64,000 nt of DNA. Origin: Picochlorum sp. SENEW3 (Eukaryota). A program made the position numbers and the translations under genes. The notes under the pieces are model-generated. The model had not been told where the DNA came from. It was given only the letters and a program-made list of their open reading frames with translations, and searched no databases. The stretch is taken from the NCBI GenBank assembly GCA_034226945.1, contig CP120457.1:372001-436000 (forward strand), in the 5' to 3' direction. Positions 57,290 through 64,000 of this stretch are shown piece by piece (position 1 is the first letter of the stretch; each line of letters starts with the position of its first letter).

Positions 57290-58454
57290 CTACTTTTGAT
57301 TGTCCACCAGAGGAGCTTTTTCTGCCTCCCCTGCCTCTGCATCTGGAACAGTCTTTGCTGAACTCTCGGCAGATGGCGCCTCAACCTTTTTTGACAATGT
57401 CTTATAATACAGTGCTCCAAACACCGTGACTGTTCCAACCCACTGTCCCATCGACAATGGATGGGCAAAGAGGATGCAGGATAAGAGAATAGAGATGAAC
57501 TGACGTGTTGTCATCACTGTCGCAAACAAAAGAGCACCATACGTCTTGATTGTATGAGAAATAAACAGCTGTCCAATCGTAGCTGCTGCAGACAGGGTTA
57601 AAATAGATCCAAGTGCACTAGGATGTCTCATCACAAAAGAAATAGCATCACCAAACTGTCCAGCAGAAATCAACCCTAATGTGGAGAATCCAGCAGAGAA
57701 TGCTTGAACATACATGATCTGATTGAAAATGGTCATCTGATATCCTTTGAATAATTTATCCTGGAAAGTAGACGTAAATCCATCGAATGCTAAATATCCC
57801 ACCATGAGCATGACTCCAAACATTGACGAGTTGCTGCCAGCATGCTTGGACGTTACATCTCCAGTCATAATAAAGACAGAACATCCCAGTGTCACGAGTG
57901 CTGCCACTCCATAATCCTTTGTATTGTATCTCTTCCTCATAATAACAGTACCCCAAATCATCACAGGAATCATCTTGGCACACTTACCCAGTGTCTGCAC
58001 GGGGAATGACACATGCTTCAAAGCCTCATACTGACAAAACGTCGCCACAACATTCGATACAGACACAGCCGCATATGCTTGCGGAGGAGCTACAGGAGCA
58101 AGATCCTGCCCGCCCGCAACAAGCAAGCCACCAGCAACCAGAACAGTCACCAATCTGTTGCACAACACCAGGAGCAGAGAGTATTTGAACTGTTCGCCCT
58201 CAAAAGGCTCTTGCATAATACGCTCCTACAATAGTTGAAAATTAGTATTACTTTAACGATGGTTTGAGAACAAATGCAGCAGAATACAAATAAAAAGCAC
58301 ACATGAATCTTGTTGCACAACCAACCAACCAACTCACCTGCAGAATTCCATAGACAACCAAGCATCCAATGATTCCACTGACACAGAAGGACACATGGAC
58401 TTTGTCATTGGCTTTGATGCGTTGCATCAATTGATCAAAGAGATCCAGCAACAT
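57290..58454 (-). CDS. Nucleotide-sugar/PAPS transporter, UAA (SLC35B) family
   Basis: YGILQ|ERIM, CQYEALKHVSFPVQTLGKCAKMIPVM, DGFTSTFQDKLF, MTTRQ; intron 58226..58337. Confidence 0.93.
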
Positions 58455-58788
58455 GGTCGTGATGAGTCAGAGAAGCCACAACGCAATTCCGTCTGTCGGT
58501 TCTCCAGACAACAACAGTATTTTGTAACTACTGATGACCAACTGTTTCGAAATGTCTGGAGGGTTGGTGGATACAGGACTTGTATTCTGCGCCATGTCAC
58601 ATGGGCGACAAATCCGATAGAGAAACTTGGGATGTCCCGGTAGAAGACATCCTTGACCGGATCGGTCCGTTCAAGAAACAATGCCACGAGCGACAGATCC
58701 TACTGATTTCATCGTGGTGTATTTGGTCTCACATAGTATCCAAATTGGATTGTATTGGAGTGTGAATGCGCTGTGGCATGAGCATAGC

Positions 58789-59082
58789 ATGTCTTTACGA
58801 CTGTTGAAAAAGCAACTCTTGAAGCAGGTGAATGTGGGAGTAGAGGCAAACAACAACAACGAGGGCGAATCAAAGACAGACAAAGATCCTGTGTATGCGT
58901 ATGTATCACAATCTGCTGTAGAAGAAGAGCGGAGGAAGAAGAAATTAGTTGGAAAGGCACAGGCAAGTGCCAAGGCGACAAAGAAGAAGAAGAAGAGGAC
59001 TAGTGCTGCGAACAGACAAGGCCGGGTGTCTAGGAAGACAACCATCGCGTCGAATCTGTCATATTTGAAACGGATGGGATGA
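58789..59082 (+). CDS. Small basic protein (possibly AROS/RPS19BP1-like)
   Basis: 97-aa Lys-rich ORF beginning MSLRLLKKQL and ending SNLSYLKRMG; the family resemblance is weak. Confidence 0.5.
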   Translation: MSLRLLKKQLLKQVNVGVEANNNNEGESKTDKDPVYAYVSQSAVEEERRKKKLVGKAQASAKATKKKKKRTSAANRQGRVSRKTTIASNLSYLKRMG

Positions 59083-59957
59083 TGAAAATAGCAGCGCATA
59101 GATGGTGTACAGGACATGCATGCATGCAGCCAGGGCATGGCCTTGCCATGCATGGGTATAGGCGTGATGTACATGTGTGTTTAGCATCTCATCAGAACGA
59201 TGAGACGTTTGCCGATGTGATGGGGAATATATTTTCTTCCTTGGGGATGTTGCAGACTCAGCAACAGCAGCGGATGCGTGGAGCCTATATTAGCATGCGC
59301 AATGTCTCATATCATCCATCGGCGTCAGAGACACCGTTGCTGAATAATGTATCCATGGAAATTGAGCCAAACACGCTGGGGCTTGTGTATGGGTGCAGCG
59401 GTGGGGGCAAGTCTACCTTGTTGCACATCCTGGCTGGTCTTGCTCAGGAAACATCAGGGGATATTTCATTTACAGGTCCACAGGGCATCCCTATAGATTC
59501 AAAGGACAGAATGAAAGAGGCCGGTCTGGTGTTTCAGTTCCCTGAGAGACATTTTTTAGGGGAAACACTGCAAGAAGAGTTGACCTTCTCGTGGCCGACA
59601 ACAGGGCCATCTGCCATGGCTGTGCAACACATGTTGACCACCAGGACATACCAGGTTTTAGATGCAGTAGGATTGAGGCACATTCCGCTCGATACCCCGT
59701 TAGATCAGCTTAGTGGTGGGTACAAGCGCCGCGTTGCCTTGGCTGTGCAACTTGTCAGGCAGCCCAGGCTGCTGCTTTTGGATGAACCATTGGCAGGATT
59801 GGATTGGAGGGCACGGCATGATCTTGTGGCAGTGTTGAAATCATTGTGTGATGAATGCACAGTTCTTGTCGTATCACATGATTTGGGAGAGCTTGCGTCC
59901 CTGGTTCAGTCGTCTCATAGAATGCTCAAAGGAGGATCTCTCATGAAGGATGCGTGA
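59079..59957 (+). CDS. Soluble ABC ATPase, plastid ABCI/ECF (CbiO)-like
   Basis: Walker A GCSGGGKST, Q-loop GLVFQFPER, signature LSGGYKRR, Walker B LLLLDEP, H-loop VSHD; no TM domain. Confidence 0.92.
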   Translation: MMKIAAHRWCTGHACMQPGHGLAMHGYRRDVHVCLASHQNDETFADVMGNIFSSLGMLQTQQQQRMRGAYISMRNVSYHPSASETPLLNNVSMEIEPNTLGLVYGCSGGGKSTLLHILAGLAQETSGDISFTGPQGIPIDSKDRMKEAGLVFQFPERHFLGETLQEELTFSWPTTGPSAMAVQHMLTTRTYQVLDAVGLRHIPLDTPLDQLSGGYKRRVALAVQLVRQPRLLLLDEPLAGLDWRARHDLVAVLKSLCDECTVLVVSHDLGELASLVQSSHRMLKGGSLMKDA

Positions 59958-60173
59958 CAGACAATGGCAATTGTGGAAACAAAACATTGTGCCTCGGCCG
60001 AGACACACACTCTCTAGTAGTAGTAGTAGTCCACGGGAACATCTTGATGACCGTCTTCTCTTTAAGAGTTAATGTAATACAATTATTTATTGTATGTATT
60101 TACGACAACATATGGTATCCCTGTTTGATCGCCGAAAACGTACAAGGCACTTGATGCAACTCTGACACTACTA

Positions 60174-60842
60174 TTATTCTCCCGTGGCGGTGTCATCCAC
60201 TTTTTGTCTCTTTGGCTCTTTCTCTCCCTTATTTATCATGAGATCTTTCTTGTATGCTTCCAGCCATTGAATACCACGACCACCATCCCACATGGAAGGA
60301 GACAGTTCAACCTCAAGGGGTGGTTCCGTGGTGCTACCAACACGTTCCTCTTTGGCTGCTTGAGCAGAGGCAGAAGCTTGCTTGGCTACATTGCTCAGCT
60401 GACGAATAACATTTGCCCATTGAATATATGCCCTCAATATCTCCATCTCGTATTTATTATAGTCCCTGTTAAACTTGTCCCACATCTCAGGATAAACTTT
60501 GAAAAATGGAAAGAACAACCTGTCAATGCTCTGTTTTTCATTCACCCGCACTACACGCGGTAGCATGACATGCCTTGTGGGGAGTGGGGGAATCGTTTTG
60601 TTTTGAACATTGTCCAGCGATCGGCCTGCATCACAGTCCTCTCGAAGATGTGGATCCACAGACGAGGGAACTACAGCACCCCTTTTTGAAAGATTGCTCT
60701 GCGGAGAGTTCCTCCGCCTCTCAACCTCTTGAGATGACACCACTTCTCTCCAATGCCCTTCTTTTATGTCATGTTTTTCTGTGTTACGTTCAGTTGACCC
60801 GTCGTCTTTCTCAGAAAGCGGAGACAGTGTAGGTCGTAGCAT
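60174..60842 (-). CDS. Hypothetical protein
   Basis: 222-codon ATG-initiated ORF; no domain recognised. Confidence 0.55.
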   Translation of the reverse strand: MLRPTLSPLSEKDDGSTERNTEKHDIKEGHWREVVSSQEVERRRNSPQSNLSKRGAVVPSSVDPHLREDCDAGRSLDNVQNKTIPPLPTRHVMLPRVVRVNEKQSIDRLFFPFFKVYPEMWDKFNRDYNKYEMEILRAYIQWANVIRQLSNVAKQASASAQAAKEERVGSTTEPPLEVELSPSMWDGGRGIQWLEAYKKDLMINKGEKEPKRQKVDDTATGE

Positions 60843-62943
60843 TTTGGCTGGAGAGGATCCAAAGTCGACTAGACTGTCAAATGGTCAACCATGACGCATT
60901 AGTATACAAATATTCAACCCCTAAAAATAAATAAAGTAACAGGGAAGACAATGCGGCTGGTACTATTCATGTTGTGATCTCACAACAACTGATCTACAAG
61001 AAAAGACCCAACATCTATTGATCTTTTAAGACCAATAATAATACATTTGTTTATGTACATGGCATCTCCTTTGAGTCGGGTATCTCTTGTTAGCATGCAA
61101 TGAATTTGGGACTACACAGAACAGATCAATGTATTGCAGAGCCATAAGGCTCTCACGTCATACTTGCAGCCTTGACACTCCAGCTGGTACGAGCCAACAC
61201 GCATGGGAGAGTATATGTTGGCACTTTCCTTGGTCGTAGTAAAGCAAATGCAAAGCAAACGGCCATGTTGGATTCATCGACAAACAGTTTTTTTTTGGGC
61301 AGATCTCTGCCCTCTTGTGGGTCACCACACCTCCCAGGGGCCATAAATCGTGCGGCGCAGAAGGGCCCTCTTGAGAATCATACGGACCGGAGAGCCGTGT
61401 GTGTCCTCAACAGCGCCTTATCCACCGTCAAGTGCTCCGTGTCTCCACCAAGGAAAGGTATTCGTATTGTTCAAACCTATTTATTTCATGTATAGAATTT
61501 ACTTGTCACATTCTAGCCTACGTGCGCGAGTATGTCGACCATAGAAAGGGCGACGTGCAAGCCGAGTGGGATCCCTTGCCCAGCGGCAGAGCAAAGACCC
61601 ACGCAATTGTCATCACGCGATAGTTGGGGTGGATTGGATTTCGGTTCAGATGTGTTTGGAGATACTTGCACACAAAAACCTATGAGAATAATCGGATTTG
61701 ACGTTCCTGCTCGGCCCGGTCATGAATCACCGACTTCTGTACTACTTCAGGGTGGAGACCAAAAGCAGCAAGTACCTACTAATGATAAAATAGGTTTAGA
61801 TCGACAGGCATTAACGACGCCGAGGTCTTGGCTTGCAGAGGAATTGAAACGAAACCCATCTGGGAGTCAGGTGGATGTGACCGGGGGACAGTGTGAGTTG
61901 CAAAAGAGGCTTCCAAAACTCAAGCTTCAGAAGAGTAGAAGGTGATGAAGCGCAGATTGATATTATTTGACAGACAGTCGGATTGCGTCGGCATGTCGAT
62001 ATGTGAGCCACATGCACAGTGAGGGGAGGAGAGATGGGTGACCTTGGGATCTCAATACATCCACCATGGCCGAGAGTTTCACTCAAATCGTATACGTACT
62101 TTATTCATTTCATCATATTCTATGCATCGTTGTATCGTTGGTGGTTCAGGCGTGTGCGGCGAGACAGGCACTCACAAATGATGCCGGTCTGTCTGCCCCC
62201 ACATGCTCCACTGCAGCATGATGTGCATTGTGTGTGTTGCGCGGAGAGTTTCCTTTTTAATTGTATTCTCAGATTTACTACTATACCATGACATGATATG
62301 TAACGTCAGTATCCATATAGAATTGCCAAGGAGTACGAGTACAAGGAGGCCCTTTGTCGTAGAGATGCATGATGGTAATCTTGTGGCCACGGCAAGCACG
62401 TGATGTTAATTCAGGAGGGCGTGGCCTGTTCCGTCCGGTCAACGTGCCGTCTTGAAAGGTTCAAGAAATTCCGGCGCTACCCTATCGCTCGATCCTCCTA
62501 CAACATGAACTCTGTTCGCAACGGGATGGCATTCGTTAAAAAAGGTCCAAATATCAAGTTAATAGGAACTGTGGCTCGCAAGCAAGCTACCGTTGCAGAC
62601 AAGAGTTGCTGACGGGTTGTACGACACAGATTGTGAGTCCCGAGTCTCGCGAGTTGTGCGTACTGAATACAGCGGGGTTTAGTTTTTTCGAGTGTAATAA
62701 GCAGAGTAAGTATAGTTATGTGTGTGACGCGTGCGTTTTGTTGTGGGCCAGGCGTTACCTGGCCTTCCCCCTCTCGCCCGGATATGGACGAGGTTAAAGG
62801 TCCTCCTGACACGGCAACTGGATTCATTTTGGTACCAGAGTTGTCGTAGGGCGCGTATTGTATGTATGCATCCTCTGACCAATATTGTATGTTTACATGC
62901 AGAAGAGAACGTACAAAGTTGAAACGTGATACAGAGAAGAAGA

Positions 62944-64000
62944 ATGACCTCTCCAGACATGATGCACATGAAGCACGAGGAGGCATACCTCGTTGATCCT
63001 ACTCCTCCTTCCTCTGATGCTGCGGTTGTACGCGCTGATGATCGCAGAGAGGATGAAAACGTGGACAGCGAAGATGACACTACAGAAAGGGATAGCGAGG
63101 ATAACAATATGCAAAAGGATAGTAAGGATCCTGCACCTGTTGATGGTGTATCAGGCACCATTATACTACCAATGCAGGGGTCTGAGTTTCGTAGGAATGA
63201 CAAAGGAGACGTGCTATGCCATGTAGAGGGTTGTGAAACAGTCATGTCTGACGAGACGGCGTATTTCAGACGGTACAAAATCTGCCGAAAGCATCTCAAG
63301 TCAAACTATTTGATTGTGGCTGGAATACAGCAGCGCTTTTGCCAGCAATGTGGCAAATTTCATGAAGTGGAAAAGTTTGATGGGACAAAGAGAAACTGCA
63401 GAGCGACGTTGGTGAGGCATAACAGACGGAGAAAAAAGACGAGCAGAGCAAAGAGGAAGAAATCTGCGAGTGAGGATGAGGACTCTGGCACGAAACAGCC
63501 AAACGTAACATGGGAGCATCCTGGTATGGGTGCCATGCTCAATTCCTCTCCTGTGAATGTGGATATCCTGAAAGCCTATTATGGTGTGCCCAATCCGAAC
63601 GATGCCTTCCCACCAGAACTCGTGAACACGATTGCTGAATTGGAGCGATTGATTGGGCGAGAGGTGATTCATCACTGTTTGCAGTCATCACAGCCACCTC
63701 AAATGTGGCAACAGAATGGATATGCCACCAATAATATTTTCCAAGGGAACGGTATGCATAGGTATTCACCTGCGCCAGTGCATCAGTCTCCGCCCATGAT
63801 GAATGTCTTCCAACAGTATGGAATACCAAGGTCAGCCCCTCAGCACCCATATACATCTGGAGGAATGCCCATGCCCCCACCATCCGCGAGAAAACAAGTG
63901 CCCAAGGGAGCTTCTGATTCGATGATGGACCAAACCGCGAGTGATATTCTGATGCGGATGAAGAATTCTATGCCCCCAAAGTCTCAGTACATGAGAATGC
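62944..64000 (+). CDS. SBP-box (SQUAMOSA promoter-binding) transcription factor, truncated at its 3' end by the window edge
   Basis: Manually translated open frame reaching the window end: CHVEGC...YFRRYKICRKH...QRFCQQCGKFHEVEKFDGTKRNCRATLVRHNRRRKK (63217..63440). Confidence 0.95.
   Translation, partial: MTSPDMMHMKHEEAYLVDPTPPSSDAAVVRADDRREDENVDSEDDTTERDSEDNNMQKDSKDPAPVDGVSGTIILPMQGSEFRRNDKGDVLCHVEGCETVMSDETAYFRRYKICRKHLKSNYLIVAGIQQRFCQQCGKFHEVEKFDGTKRNCRATLVRHNRRRKKTSRAKRKKSASEDEDSGTKQPNVTWEHPGMGAMLNSSPVNVDILKAYYGVPNPNDAFPPELVNTIAELERLIGREVIHHCLQSSQPPQMWQQNGYATNNIFQGNGMHRYSPAPVHQSPPMMNVFQQYGIPRSAPQHPYTSGGMPMPPPSARKQVPKGASDSMMDQTASDILMRMKNSMPPKSQYMRM

Noticed and set aside
61140..62900. Short ORFs (107-162 aa) and splice-like signals upstream of the SBP gene
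   Set aside because: No recognisable domains or consistent gene model; may be UTR, promoter or a weak orphan gene.

Overview
This is gene-dense eukaryotic nuclear DNA with short GT-AG introns (mostly about 60-110 nt), TGTAA poly(A) signals and plant-type genes (KCBP, MKK3, SBP-box). It is most consistent with a compact green-algal genome (trebouxiophyte, Picochlorum-like); this assignment is inference. Positions 1-14840 (minus strand) hold the 5' part of a giant AT-less (trans-AT) modular type I PKS: A-ACP-ACP-KS-DH-ER-KR-ACP-KS-DH-ER-KR-ACP-ACP-KS-DH-KR..., running off the window edge. One ER-KR block in it has sharply elevated GC. About 30 tightly packed housekeeping and regulatory genes follow. 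At about 38.86-44.84 kb an apparently intact rolling-circle transposon (Helitron2/Helentron-like) sits in a divergent promoter. It has one spliced ~1687-aa HUH-Rep/PIF1 gene, short inverted repeats at its ends, a hairpin-dense 3' end and a periodic W-box array. Other notable items are a candidate ELF3-like clock gene, a SAS-4/CPAP-type centriole gene, a 5'-3' exonuclease with a RAP-like tail, a structured RACK1 intron, overlapping or possibly bicistronic gene pairs, and several promoter palindromes. All annotations come from reading motifs by eye; no database searches were run.
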